From assembly GCA_051362555.1 (NCBI GenBank), contig CM120648.1:20270587-20334586 (forward strand): a stretch of DNA of 64,000 nt, written 5' to 3'. The number at the start of each line of letters is the position of its first letter. Positions within the stretch are counted from its first letter, which is position 1. This DNA is from Lingula anatina. Its lineage: Eukaryota > Animalia > Brachiopoda. The notes beneath the pieces are model-generated. The model worked only from the letters and a program-made list of their open reading frames with translations. It did no database searches and was not told where the DNA came from. The translations under genes were made by a program, and so were the position numbers. This document shows positions 1 to 13,819 of this stretch, one piece after another.

Positions 1-1532
1 ATATACTGATTTTAATTATACACGTGTGTGTTAAAACCTTGACGTTAAGGATATCGTAAGCCTTTATTATCCACATTCCTAACAACAATAGGTGCAACTT
101 TTGTAACGATCGGTTGCTCAGATAGTGAGTTATACTTGGCAGCGATTCACTTATCTCGTCAATATAGAAAGCTGTTAAAAGAGCCAAAAACGTTCACAGG
201 CTGGTTAACAGGGCTTATTAGTCAAATGCTTAGCTGGCAAATTTACCCGTTTCAATGGCTCTTCCTCGGCAATCGAGTTATTTTACCTGAGAGATTCCTT
301 CTTTGTTATCGGCAAAGTGATCACATAAAACTGTGTCGAGAGCAAGTGTCCGTCACTTATGTTAATACGAGTTTTTTGACGGGTAACGCTGCAGGATTAT
401 TTTGCACGACACTTGGTAATCGTCAGATCAACGGAAAAATCCAGTGATTACTTCATAGCGGTATTTCTCAAAATGCCAGCTAAGATAAAGGGGAGACGCT
501 CAGCTGCACAAGAATCAGCGATAAAAGTGGCTGAGAGAAGGCTTTTGAATAAATATTTTATTTTTACACACATGACACTTAGACCCTATTTGCTTTTTAC
601 CTGCTAGTCTTGACTATTCTCGGGGTCTTTTTGTGATTTTCATTTTTGGATACATTTTGAACTCCTTCTTCCCGCTTGATCAGTGATTTTGAAATTGTTT
701 TTCTCCAAACATCGCAAAATGCAAAGCCGCTAACATGCGTTTTTATTTTTATTGTTTTAATCATGATGTCAACCCTTGCTTGGATTTCTCTCGTTTGGCC
801 ATTCACATCACAATTTTTCGCGTGTCTCTCAAGCTCCATGATATCATATCTTGGAGAATAAAATTTTATTTTGTCAACATTAGATTTACCTTTTACAAAA
901 GGCGACCAACAATCATTTCCGGTTTCGTAACGTGTCGCAGATACGCTCGCCGATATATATTGCAAAAATTAGACAGGCTAAAAGTATCCTTTTGAGCGTT
1001 TTTTTTTTTTTTATTTATCGATTTTTCTTTCATTTGTCAATTAATTTAGACGATTCGATTAACTCTTTTGCCCATTTATTAGGTATTCAGAAATCAGGCA
1101 TCCGTCTGAACAAATACGACCGGTTTTCCCCAACCGCCACGCATAGGCCCTACTCTCTTTCAAAATTTTCTTTCTTTCCTCAGGAAATGGACATTTAACA
1201 CGAACTTTTCTCTTCCCAATAGTGTACTAGCTAGACTTCTTCGCTGCTAAGCTGATGTAAGATTTATGACCTATTACCGCACACGTAATCGGCTTATAAC
1301 TCATTAACTGTGCTCCGACCCCCTCATGGCAACGGCCCTTAGTAACAGAGGCGTGGCTTAGTTGTCAGGCTGACTGAGGCGCGTGCCGGATGAAAAACTC
1401 ATCAAAAGACACATTTTGCGATGCAAATTCATAAAAATTATTACATCCAACGTTAGAAACTTTTTTGATTTATATAAACACACAAAAAACTAAAAAACAT
1501 GATTTTAAGCGTATTTAACCCTATCACCGGCC
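1..1532 (-). mobile_element. Probable decayed DNA transposon 5' end (TTAA-flanked, Kolobok-like) with broken coding remnants
   Basis: Minus strand reads TTAA|GGCCGGTGATAGGG at 1536-1519, followed by short stop- and frameshift-broken ORFs (e.g. 597..965). The partner end is not in the window, so the family call is weak. Confidence 0.25.
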
Positions 1533-1622
1533 TTAAAATATTAAAATATGAGGATTGTAGACAGGGTCGTTCTCCATTTATTGTGCTGAATGTCAATGTG
1601 AATTTGAATTTGACCTTATACA

Positions 1623-4600
1623 GTTTGGATCAAATCCTAATGCTGCTTGCGTTATTATTACAAGGGCTTTGCTACTTCAGTGGTCCTTCCGATCTTCACA
1701 CGTGTTTGTTTCATTATTCAGTTCAGTAGTTGATGGAGAGGTATAATGTCAGCTTCAGAATAAAACAGGCGATCGTGTGTTTGCATACCTCTACAATTCA
1801 AAGTCGCCTAACACAACAGAGGGGGGCTTCTGACAGTATTTCAATTTAATCAGCACTTATCAGTGGCAACAAGACAGTAGAGTGATACTATATGCAGCTG
1901 AGGGGATTTTTCTGACAGTAAGTCAATATAACCAGCTGATCTCGTGATATTGTGTCTCGACGTACCGGGTAACGACCATGAGTCATGGGTTTATATGCTC
2001 TATTGCTATCCATTGCATTTATTAAATGTACTTTCATCGGACTTTGCTAAGAAAGACGTTTATTTTATTGATATTGTGAGGGGATTCCTTTGTATTTACC
2101 CCAAATGACACATTATGGGAATCCCCGACCCCACCCAACTACATTAAAGAAAACACTTCATGTGCACTCATGAAAATATTATTGCAAAATGCATTTAAAA
2201 TTGTAGGAAGGTTGATTTTAGTTAATATAAATATTTTTTTTTAATTACTTAAAAAAATGCGGGGCGTTTTTGTCTTAAACTCACCACTACATACAATATG
2301 CAAGAAACCTCAATATAAGCTGACTATATTTAATCACCACGAGTAGGGGTGGGCAACTTTGGCTTACTCGATTTTTGGAGTTCTGAGCACCTTATAGCTT
2401 ACAATAGAGTGTGTTAACAATGAAAACAGCATTTCTTTTGTTTTATTGGGCAACTTCGACTTACAATAGAGTGTGTCAACAATGAAGACAGCATTTCCTT
2501 TGTATTTTTGGGCAACTTCGACTTACAATAGAGAACCTACTCCTTCATCAGGGAAATGATGGCTGTAATAGGTGTTGCCACTCGATCATCACCCTTCAGG
2601 TGTGCTCTTTAGTCAGGTATTGGTCTGGCCATTTGCGAGGAAAGATTTCGTAAATAATATCGATCTGCTTGTTTGAGGTGAAATGTTTGTTTCACGGTAG
2701 ATTACATCCTGACTAAACTACTGCAATTTACCTCTTCATGAATGTCCATAAGAAAAGCAAAAACGTCTGCAACATCTTCAAAACATCTCTGCTTGATTTG
2801 TTACCAGCACACCTTGGCGACAGGCAAGACCCTTGAATCACAATCATCTGATATCCGACGTAAGATGTGAGAGGCTTTCAACATCAGCCGTCACCAGCCA
2901 GCCATGAATAGGGTCAGGGGCCGATCTATCTGATATTTATAAGAGGGTCCTGGCCCCGTATCTCGAAAGCATCGCGGGCCCTGGTCGCTATACGTCGCTA
3001 TAACCTACCACCTGGCGGTCAGTGAGTGTGAACATCTATCCCGGCCTGAGAACTAGCCCGCCGAGAACAATTCTCCTTCCCGATCTCGGGGCCAACATGG
3101 CCATACAGGGTTTCACTTTCCCCACCCAGTCCTGTTCCGTTGCAAGTCCTAGGTACAAGCATGCCTGTGCTGTTCATGCACCGCTGTAACATATATTGCC
3201 CTAACCATCTGATGGGCCCCAATAAACATGATAAACACAATTAAATGGCCGGTGAATCTCTCAGATAGGCCTAGGTGCGATAAACCAGTAGGCCTAGGAC
3301 TATTAGGTCCTATGCTTTGTAGGCCTACCATCCCAGAACGTTTGTACACTGTAGGCAGCGTATTAGAAAAGCTGCACTTTAAACGCTTTCTATTCAAAAC
3401 AATCACATTATTTTTCGATTAGCATCAATCATAGTGGTACCTTCCTATATCATAAATATAACCTACCGCAGCTGAGTCCCAAAGATAATTCTCGATCAGC
3501 GTTCTGACACCCAGCGCCTGGTTCTTGGAATCTGTCAACGAGAACGCGAAAAATGATGACGTTATACGCAATTTCTTCAAATTAAAGGCACGCTGGTTCT
3601 CGGGCCGGAATAGCGAAACCTCATAAATATTTCGGCTTGTGTTTGGTAATTTTCATATATGATCCAACTACCAAGCTAATGAATATGTTTGCTCATACAT
3701 CGTATATTGCTTCATATTCATAAAGTTGGGAAAATGCGACATTAAACACACATAAAAATTATCAGGGTAGGTAGGCCTACACTCAGCTTCACAAAGTTAA
3801 CAGCACGCTGCGATCTTGAACCGGCGATTAAACAGCGATGACGTTGTTTTTTTTTTTTTTTCGTGGGGACCGGGTATAGCTAATATAATTAGTCTCATTT
3901 AATATTCATGTGACCTTGGCATTACGTCAAAAGTGAAAATATCCACTATTTACACCGAGTCCTTGGGTCGAATCTAAATGGCGAAACGAAACTACACGCT
4001 AGCTGTGGTTTCGTTGTCGTGCGAGTCTGGAGGAAACGAAACAGGCTTGGGATATAGCACGTGATTGTAAGCTCAGATGAGAGGATTTCCTTACACATTG
4101 TTGTTTCATGAAAAGCAGAGTGTATTTCAGTATTTTAATCCTGAAATTAAAGGATTTGCATAGTTCCCGTGTATGGGAGATAATACTTTGTACTGAAGTT
4201 GAAAACGGAAATGGATAGTAACGCACAACAACCCGTTTTCCTCACCAATCAAAATTTGCGACGAAGAGCAATTGTTATTTATCTCTAATGTATCATACTG
4301 TATGTGCCGTAAATGATCCCTGAGATGACCCAACCTACACAGTAATACTTGTAAATCGGCCAGAAATGTGTGTAACAAAAGCTCTGTGTGTAACAAAGAT
4401 TCAGGATTTCACGCTGACACCTGGGGAAAACTAGATTTCCTTCAAACCGAAATAAATTTTGTAATGAATAATAATAATACCCATGAATGGAATGGATTTT
4501 ATCTTAAGATACGGATAAATAAAACACAAATAGTGGTCTATGGCAGTAATATATATCAGATACCGTATTAAACCGCTCGATTTCACTGAAAGTTTAACAT

Positions 4601-7600
4601 GCACAGTACTCACCAGGCAACGGTCTGACGATGTCTATCGGATAAATGACTAAGAAATGACGTCTCGCTTTTAGGAACTAAGGTGCGAGAGGGTTTGGAG
4701 GAATTCCCCTTTTTATCAAAACGAGGTATTTACCCATAGTCATAGAGAGAAATGCATATCTATATTACTTACACACGAGTCAATAATCAGTGTTAATCTC
4801 TATGAAAGGGATTTTCGTGACAAATACAGGGACGTTACACAGTGGGTCATGTAAGCCTGGCCAGGTGGGGAAGAGTCCTTGACACTCTAAGGACCTCGAG
4901 CCATCAGACTCTGCACACTGTAGTGCTATCTTCGTATCACTAACAGAACTTAGGGGAAAAGGAATTCCTGAATATTTCAATGTTTACTGTGTACATGCAC
5001 GTATAAGAAGACGGCGGCGGTTCTCATTATCTTGACATGGCTTCGACCAGGCAGACAGGCACCAAATTATCGTTCAAGGGATATTTGTTTTGGAAGCAGA
5101 CAGAATACTTCAAACTACGCTGTTCCCAAATGTGTAGGTATGTAGACAATTTGCAATATGATGACAGTGGACTGTCACATTTTATTTAAAAATCTGTTAA
5201 TATTTGGATCAGATCTTAATGCTGCTTGTGTTATTATTACAAGGGCTTCGCTACCTCAGGGGCCCTTCCGATCTTCACACGTGTATGTATCATTATTCAG
5301 TTCAGTAGTTGATGGAGAGGTATAATGTCAGCTTCAGAATAAAATAGGCGATCGCGTGTTTGCCTACCTCTACAATTCAAAGTCGCCTAACACAACAGAG
5401 GGGGGCTTCTGACAGTATTTCAATTTAATCAGCACTTATCAGTGGCAACAAGACAGTAGAGTGATACTATATGCAGCTGAGGGGATTTTTCTGACAGTAA
5501 GTCAATATAACCAGCTGATCTCATGATATTGTGACTCGACGTACCGGGTAACGAACATGAGTCATGGGTTTATATGCTCTATTGCTATCCATTGCATTTA
5601 TTAAAGGTATTTTCATCGGACTTTGCTAAGAAAGGCGTTTATTTTATTGATATTGTGAGGGGATTCCTTTGTATTTACCCCAAATGACACATTATGGGAA
5701 TCCCCGACCCCACCCAACTACATTAAAGAAAACACTTCATGTGCACTCATGAAAATATTATTGCAAAATGCATTTAAAATTGTAGGAAGGTTAATTTAAG
5801 TTAATGTAAAATATTTTTTTTAATTTCTTTAAAAAATGCGGGGCGTTTTTGTCTTAAACTCACCACTATATACAATATGCAAGAAACCTCAATATAAGCT
5901 GACTATATTTAATCACCACGAGTAGGGGTGGGAAACTTTGGCTTACTCGATTTTTGGAGTTCTGAGCACCTAATAGCTTACAATAGAGTGTGTTAACAAT
6001 GAAAACAGCATTTCTTTTGTTTTATTGGGCAACTTCGACTTACAATAGAGTGTGTCAACAATGAAGACAGCATTTCCTTTGTATTTTTGGGCAACTTCGA
6101 CTTACAATAGAGAACCTACTCCTTCATCAGGGAAATGATGGCTGTAATAGGTGTTGCCACTCGATCATCACCCTTCAGGTGTGCTCTTTAGTCAGGTATT
6201 GGTCTGGCCATTTGCGAGGAAAGATTTCGTAAATAATATCGATCTGCTTGTTTGAGGTGAAATGTTTGTTTCACGGTAGATTACATCCTGACTAAACTAC
6301 TGCAATTTACCTCTTCATGAATGTCCATAAGAAAAGCAAAAACGTCTGCAACATCTTCAAAACATCTCTGCTTGATTTGTTACCAGCACACCTTGGCGAC
6401 AGGCAAGACCCTTGAATCACAATCATCTGATATCCGACGTAAGATGTGAGAGGCTTTCAACATCAGCCGTCACCAGCCAGCCATGAATAGGGTCAGGGGC
6501 CGATCTATCTGATATTTATAAGAGGGTCCTGGCCCCGTATCTCGAAAGCATCGCGGGCCCTGGTCGCTATACGTCGCTATAACCTACCACCTGGCGGTCA
6601 GTGAGTGTGAACATCTATCCCGGCCTGAGAACTAGCCCGCCGAGAACAATTCTCCTTCCCGATCTCGGGGCCAACATGGCCATACAGGGTTTCACTTTCC
6701 CCACCCAGTCCTGTTCCGTTGCAAGTCCTAGGTACAAGCATGCCTGTGCTGTTCATGCACCGCTGTAACATATATTGCCCTAACCATCTGATGGGCCCCA
6801 ATAAACATGATAAACACAATTAAATGGCCGGTGAATCTCTCAGATAGGCCTAGGTGCGATAAACCAGTAGGCCTAGGACTATTAGGTCCTATGCTTTGTA
6901 GGCCTACCATCCCAGAACGTTTGTACACTGTAGGCAGCGTATTAGAAGAGCTGCACTTTAAACGCTTTCTATTCAAAACAATCACATTATTTTTCGATTA
7001 GCATCAATCATAGTGGTACCTTCCTATATCATAAATATAACCTACCGCAGCTGAGTCCCAAAGATAATTCTCGATCAGCGTTCTGACACCCAGCGCCTGG
7101 TTCTCGGAATCTGTCAACGAGAACGCGAAAAGTGATGACGTTATACGCAATTTCTTCAAATTATCGACACCCTGGTTCTCGGGCCGGAATAGCGAAACCT
7201 CATAAATATTTCGGTTTGTGTTTGGTGATTTTCATATATGATCCAACTACCAAGCTAATGAATATGTTTGCTCATACATCGTATATTGCTTCATATTCAT
7301 AAAGTTGGGAAAATGCGACATTAAACACACATAAAATTTATCAGGGAATGGTAGGCCTACACTCAGCTTCACAAAGTTAACAGCACGCTGCAATCTTGAA
7401 CCAGCGATTAAACAGCGATGACGTTTTTTTTTCGTGGGGACCGGGTATAGCTAATATAATTAGTCTCATTTAATATTCATGTGGCCGGGTCATTACGTCA
7501 AAAGTGAAAATCTCCACTATTTGCACCAAGTCCTTGGGTCGAATCTAAATGGCGAAACGAAACTACACGCTAGCTGTGGTTTCGTTGTCGTGCGAGTCTG

Positions 7601-9026
7601 GAGGAAACGAAACGGGCTTGGGTCATAGCACGTGATTGTAAACTCAGATGAGAGGATTTCCTTACACATTGTTGTTTCATGAAAAGCAGAGTGTATTTCA
7701 GGTATTTTAATCCTGAAATTAAAGGATTTGCATAGTTCCCGTGTATGGGAGATAATACTTTGTACTGAAGTTGAAAACGGAAATGGATAGTAACGCACAA
7801 CAACCCGTTTTCCTCACCAATCAAAATTTGCGACGAAGAGCAATTGTTATTTATCTCTAGTGTATGTGCCGTAAATGATCCCTGAGATGACCTAACCTAC
7901 ACAGTAATACTTGTAAATCGGCCAGAAATGTGTGTAACAAAGGGTCAGGATTTCACGCTGACACCCGGGGAAAACTAGATTTCCTTCAAACCGAAATAAA
8001 TTCTGTAATGAATAATTATAATACCCATGAATGAAGTGGATTTTATCTTAAGAGGCGGATAAATAAAGCTCAAATAGTGGTCTATGGCAGTAGTATATAT
8101 CAGATACCATATTATGCCGCTCGATTTCACTGAAAGTTTAACATGTACAGTACTCACAAGGCAACGGTCTGACGATGTCTATCGGATAAATGACTAAGAA
8201 ATGACGTCTCGCTTTTAGGAACTAAGGTGCGAGGGGATTTTTGGAGGAATTCCCCTTTTTTATCAAAACGAGGTATTTACCCGTAGTCATAGAGAGAAAT
8301 GCATCTCTATATTACTTACTCACGGGTCAATAATCAGTGTTAATCTCTATGAAAGGGATTTTCGTGACAAATACAGAGACGTTACACAGTGGGTCATGTA
8401 AGCCTGGCCAGGTGGGGAAGAGTCCTTGAGACTCTAAGGACCTCGAGCCATCAGACTCTGCACACTGCAGTGCTATCTTCGTATCACTAACAGAACTTGG
8501 GGGAAAAGGAATTCTTGAATATTTCAATGTTTACTGTGTACATGCACGTGTAAGATGGCGGCGGTTCTCATTATCTGGGCATGGCTTCGACCGGCAGACA
8601 GGCACCAAATTATCGTTGAAGGGATATTTGTTTTGGAAGCAGACAGAATACTTCAAACTACGCTGTTCCCAAATGTGTAGGTAAGTAGACAATTTGCAAT
8701 ATGATGACAGTGGACTGTCACATTTAATTTAAAAATCTGTTAATATTTGGATCAGATCTTAATGCTGCTTATTATTACAAGGGCTTTGCTACTTCAGTGG
8801 TCCTTCCGATCTTCACACGTGTTTGTTTCATTATTCAGTTCAGTAGTTGATGGAGAGGTATAATGTCAGCTTCAGAATAAAACAGGCGATCGTGTGTTTG
8901 CATACCTCTACAATTCAAAGTCGCCTAACACAACAGAGGGGGGGGGGGGGGGGGGGGGGGGGCTTCTGACAGTATTTCAATTTAATCAGCACTTATCAGT
9001 GGCAACAAGGCAGTAGAGTGATACTA
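1623..9026 (+). repeat. Tandem duplication, period ~3.58 kb: copies ~1623-5201, ~5202-8745 and a truncated third copy 8746-9026
   Basis: Identical ORF pairs offset by 3579 bp (3019/6598, 3149/6728, 3228/6807); the head TTTGGATCA..TAATGCTGCTT..ATTATTACAAGGGCTT occurs three times. Confidence 0.95.
2393..2532 (+). repeat. ~62-bp minisatellite (about 2.3 copies) inside the tandem unit; repeated at ~5972-6111
   Basis: Repeated CTTACAATAGAGTGTG(T/C)AACAATGAA(A/G)ACAGCATTTC..GGGCAACTTCGA. Confidence 0.8.
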
Positions 9027-9029
9027 AAC

Positions 9030-9150
9030 AACATTGGTCAAAAAGGTTGTCCCACCCCCATTTCCATGTACTTTTATTTATAAATGATCACCTCACAGCT
9101 GTGAACTGTTAAAAATAGTGCTTTTTATTACGGATACCGTGTCTATCATG
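9030..9150 (+). repeat. Dispersed repeat, Tc1-like terminal fragment; second copy at 63316-63430
   Basis: AACATTGGTCAAAAAGGTTGTCCCACCCCCATTTCCATGT..AAATGATCACCTCACAGCTGT..AATAGTGCTTTTTATTAC shared by both loci. Confidence 0.7.
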
Positions 9151-10102
9151 ATTGATTGTTTAAAATATAGTGTGTCAATAGAAGGAGAAGGAGGAGGAAG
9201 AAGAGTAAGTGAGGTGTAGGGAAGACCAATAGTTTGCATGAAATATGACAGTGCAAGTTAACACACTGCATTTGAAATTATACAACATGTGCCCATAGCC
9301 CAATCTATACTACTACTACAAAAATAAAAGAAAAAAAAGCATATATCTAAAAAAACAACTATTAACTCCATATATAAACCTAGTGACGATGCAGCATGTC
9401 GACTGAGAATAAAATAGGAAACTATACTTTTTAAGCTGTTGTCGAATCATTGACCAAAATATCTCAAAATAGAAGACTAGATATTTTTATCACTCAATTG
9501 CATATACTTTTTGATGAATCATTGTCAAGAAAATGATAGCCTCCGGACAGTGATATGTGAAATACGCATCTACAGTGCCGCCGGAATCTCCCCTTACTTA
9601 CCCTCCGGGTCGCTGCGGGTTGTGCGGACGGCCTGGCTCGGTAACTATGGAAATAACATTGTCATCCATACGCTGTTTGGTTTCTGTTAACAATAGTTCC
9701 ATACCCTGCCCGTCGGGCAATTATCGTGACGAACTTTCTGCTAACAAAAGAGCCTAACCCTAGCTCGCTGAGATAAAGATCGAAGGTGAGCGTGGTCGCA
9801 ATTAAGTGTTCGTCCAAGCGTTAATTGACCTTTAATGCGCGGTGGCTTCACTCTACTTTGATCACTCTACTCTGATACGGAGATTTTAAGTATAAGAACT
9901 TGCCAACAGTGATTTTTAAAAGTCGCTTTACCAAAAAGATTATGTGATGACAGCAATTTTCTTGTACATTGTAGCTATGAATTGATTGAATTTACATAGA
10001 GTTTAATTAATGAATTTATGAATTTATTAAAGATCAAATAAAACACTACTTGTACATGTAATATTTATTAGGCTTCAAACTGTCTTTCCTATATACATAT
10101 TA

Positions 10103-10498
10103 TTAACAAGATTGACATTTATTTTTATAGTATGTCCTTATATTTCTATTAGTTTTGTTCATAGACGAAATGCATTTTTTCCAAAAAGATTTGTCAGTTG
10201 TTTCAATGATAAACATTTTGTTAGCCATATCTTTAATATAGTTCAGTCTATATTTGCATATAGGATCTCTCTCATCTACACCCGTAACATTTCTGTCCTT
10301 TCGTATTCGTTCATCAATCGTAAACAACCTTCCTATCAACTGAACGCAAAAGTTGCCTGGGGAACTGGCCCGATGTCGAATTTCGAATATTTCTTTATTT
10401 GACAAGGCGACGGGTGGCCGGCCGAAAGACTGATTCCTTGATTCTGTAGGACACAAAGTAGGAACTGTTTCTCTATCATTGTTTGATATGTAATTCAA
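10103..10498 (-). CDS. BEN-domain protein (transposon cargo); start codon uncertain
   Basis: RASSPGNFCVQLIGRLFT..ER....NVTG....DP...RLNYIK......F......FWKKCISSMN...R fits the BEN helical pattern; AATAAA on the minus strand at 10069-10064; no in-frame ATG near the 5' end. Confidence 0.7.
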   Translation of the reverse strand: MNYISNNDRETVPTLCPTESRNQSFGRPPVALSNKEIFEIRHRASSPGNFCVQLIGRLFTIDERIRKDRNVTGVDERDPICKYRLNYIKDMANKMFIIETTDKSFWKKCISSMNKTNRNIRTYYKNKCQSC

Positions 10499-10987
10499 AA
10501 CGATAGGAATAGTTCATCTTTACGATCTAAAGCCCAAACTTAACCAAAAGCCTTCTTCATACTTAAACGCATCAAAAGAAATTAATTTAAAAAAACTGGA
10601 TTACAATCTCTCGGGCTAACTTCACTGGTTGGCACGTGTCATCTCACATTAATTAACAATCAGTTCAGGTTAGCTTTATTCATGCTGGGTAGACACAGTG
10701 ATTAAGCCCTGACTATTACATAATCACTACTGTGTGACACGCGTCGTCTAAAATTAATGTTAACATTGCGATGACGCTCTTCAATCCAAACTAATCAATT
10801 GCACATAATATTAAATCAACTGACACGTGTCAACAGGATTGTTTGTGTATCTGGACTTCCTAAATGGCCAATAAGTATTTTGTTTAATATGACCTGTTTA
10901 TGTCACTGATTTCCATGCCATCGTGTCACCTGCCAAGTGAACGGTATAAATCGACACTCAAATTTTCCAAATCATCACAATTCCAAG

Positions 10988-11334
10988 ATGCCTCTTAGCG
11001 ATTACGTGCGTCTGCGTATCATCGCCCTCCGAGAACAAGGGGTGCGAATTAAAAACATAACCGCACAAATGGAAAATGAAGGCCATAAAGTGTCGCGACA
11101 AGCCATTTACTATGCGTTAAAGAAATACGACGAAGGGCTTGGAATTGCAGATAAGCCACGAAGTGGACGTCCCTCAAAGATTGACCTGCGCCACATGAAC
11201 GTTATAGACGAGGAGATGACCATATTAACGCAGAAAAGTGTATTATACATTTGTACAGTAATAAATACATAAATCACCTAAAGAAGATGATTCCAGCGGT
11301 ACTTGAGAGAGAAGGTCGTGCCTCAGGCTACTAA
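10988..11334 (+). pseudogene. Tc1-family transposase lacking its DDE core
   Basis: N-terminal HTH MPLSDYVRLRIIALREQG..VSRQAIYYALKKY..DKPRSGRPSK (GRP AT-hook) is joined out of frame to the typical C-terminus NKYINHLKKMIPAVLEREGRASGY* (stop at 11332-34). Confidence 0.85.
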
Positions 11335-13819
11335 ACTAGCAACACATGTAATAAAGGTAATGAGACATTGATATCTATTTGATGTATTAGCTATTTAAAA
11401 TTTTCCATTTTAACTACGCTTTTGTTGATCGTGACTTATTATCATCAAATAAAATTGTTATACGTGTTTTAAAACTAAGCCTGATTTGTTCTTCAGAGTT
11501 TTGTTCCAATATTTGACTTACCTTTACTCGAGTCTTCTGTTGCAGTTGATACATAACCCGGTATTGTTTGCTCGTGTCGATAGCAATCTCTTTGCATCAG
11601 CTATAATAGAAACTTTAAGTGAGGCAATTAAGAAGGGGCAGACCGTGTTCGTTGAACCGACTAATTTGGGTGTCCGATAAGGATTGCTTGGGGATTCCCC
11701 TACCCTGTAATTATCATACGGCCTCTATTGTTCGACCATATGGGGCAGGGTTGGGAAACCATACGGCCATTTGGTAAGGGGACATTCCGGCGGCACTGTA
11801 AGTGTTAGCGTAAATAACAGTTTTAGAGAAAAAGCCTCTTATAGACCTGTGTTTCGATTTATGCAGTTAACGAAAATGTCTACTAAATATCTGACATGTG
11901 TCGAATGATAAATACTAAGAAAATTGAAAGAGCACGTGGAATTCAATCGCATAAGATCCAAATACACCTGCGGCAGCAAGGAAACGATGATATTAACTCC
12001 TTAGAGATCCTTATGTCTTGTATTTATATCCACGCACACACAAAATCAAATGAATTATAATCACACCCGATGTTTTTTAAATACTTTATTCACAACAACA
12101 AAACGTGATGATACAGAAAACTACAATAAAATACACTACACATAGATTACACAATTTTATTAAAATTTATTCACAATTTTAAAGTATGTACTCTCTCTCT
12201 ATATATAAAGCTTGCGTGTAGTTAACAGAGTGCTCAACTACGCGGAGCATTTATACACATTAAAAATAAATAAACACGTGATATGTGTGAATCCCAACTC
12301 TGAGTTTCACCTGTGATCGGGCATACTCTGTGGGTATGTCCGTGAAACTTTATGTATTTATATTTGATTATATATAATTAGCATTGGCCAAAAATATATA
12401 TAATTAGCACCTGCAATATCATATTCCTCCATTTACAAATGATTACATCACAGGTGATTTACATTTCAGATGCCATAACTAACATTACTAGTTGTCCAGA
12501 TAATTCAAACTAGCGGAGGAGATATCAATATTTTTAAATATTGATATTTGTTTACTTTAGATATTGGATCAACGGCATTTTACCTCTGTGAAAATCACAG
12601 TGAAATGTCAGATTTGAGGGGTTACATGTTATAAATGTGAATAAATGGTATTAAATGTGGTATATTAAAATACCATTTTATTTCAAGTTTAAATAATTTA
12701 AATTTAAATTAAATTTAAATGCTACTCGGTTTAGGTACATGGGAGTTGTAAGTTTCACAGTGAAAGTGACAACATGTGGAAAAAACACAAAGAACTGCAA
12801 AACTTCCAGAAAAAAAAAAGAATGCAATGTCACACTGGTTTTCCAACTCAAGCTACACTTCAGTCTAAGGCGTACTTCAGTCCAATAGATCTTTTCAGTA
12901 AGTTAGAGCATCATAAGTAACATCGCTCTCCATAAATGATCATTATGGCGGCAATTCCCAGAATACGGTTTCTTCAATTTTGATGCAAAGCTACATAATG
13001 CTTAACAGCGTATTCACCACCAATTTTAATAATATAATATAAGTATCTGGATATTTAAAAAAAATGTGACTAGCAAAGGTCTTTAAGCCCATGGGAGCGC
13101 TAAGTCACGCCTTTCAAAAATAAACCAATTAGACTTGTTTTCAAACAGAAGTTGTATTTTAGTCCCATTTTTGTGAGTTAAGGCATAGTATGTTTGGTTT
13201 TCCTTAGATCATCAGTATGGCAGCAGTGCCTAAAATAGAAATGTGCCATGAATTTCATACAGAAGAAATTAATTAAAATAAGGAAAATATTGTTTTTGCC
13301 AAAATTCATGAAATGGGAAGTGCTCAGAAATTACAGATGTTCGAGTTTTATGAACTTCAGTCATTTTTTACCAGAAGTTGTCTGTTAGTCGTTAGGTCCT
13401 ATGTTATCGCTTCCCGACGATCTCTGTGTCAGTTACCATGTTGTGTAAAAGGTGAGTGTCGGTAATTGCGACACCATGCAGGGACAAACGTACTTTCACC
13501 CGATCACTGTGTATGGCCCAGAGTGCTAGATAACGATCACTTCTGTTAGCTAGGGACGCAATACAGCATCATAATCACTAGTGTCGTATTTCAAAAGCGA
13601 TTCTGGTAGCCAGAAACCAGCGTCGTTTTTCCAAACGATCCAGACGGAAGAAGACACGGTCGGCGATTAGCGTCTACCCCATCGAGATAATTTTCACCGT
13701 GGAAGCCTGGCTTAATGTTACCACTGCTCCTTTCCGTGCGATAAAGTCGAGACGACAGCCGATCGATGTCTATGGCCCAAAGATAGACTTCATCGGCGAT
13801 AAGCGTCCACTGCGACCAG

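Larger units (their letters stand above)
9573..11798 (+). mobile_element. Tc1/mariner element (2226 bp), internally deleted, carrying a second divergent ORF
   Basis: 25-bp TIRs CAGTGCCGCCGGAAT(C/G)TCCCCTTAC with 1 mismatch; TA on both sides (9571-72, 11799-800); transposase remnants inside. Confidence 0.92.

Noticed and set aside
2535-2555. CCTGATGAAGGAG on the minus strand, resembling a Penelope/retrozyme hammerhead core (also ~6115-6134)
   Set aside because: No matching GAAA box or closing helix II found; at best a broken remnant
2950-2970. Harbinger-like TIR GCCCCGTATCTCGAAAGC in the tandem unit (also ~6531)
   Set aside because: No inverted partner found; a solo end only
3019-8527. Short duplicated ORFs in the tandem unit
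   Set aside because: No recognisable domains, they overlap on both strands, and frameshifts differ between copies
8938-8962. 25-nt poly-G as a G-quadruplex element
   Set aside because: Other copies have only 6-7 G; likely slippage or a sequencing homopolymer artefact
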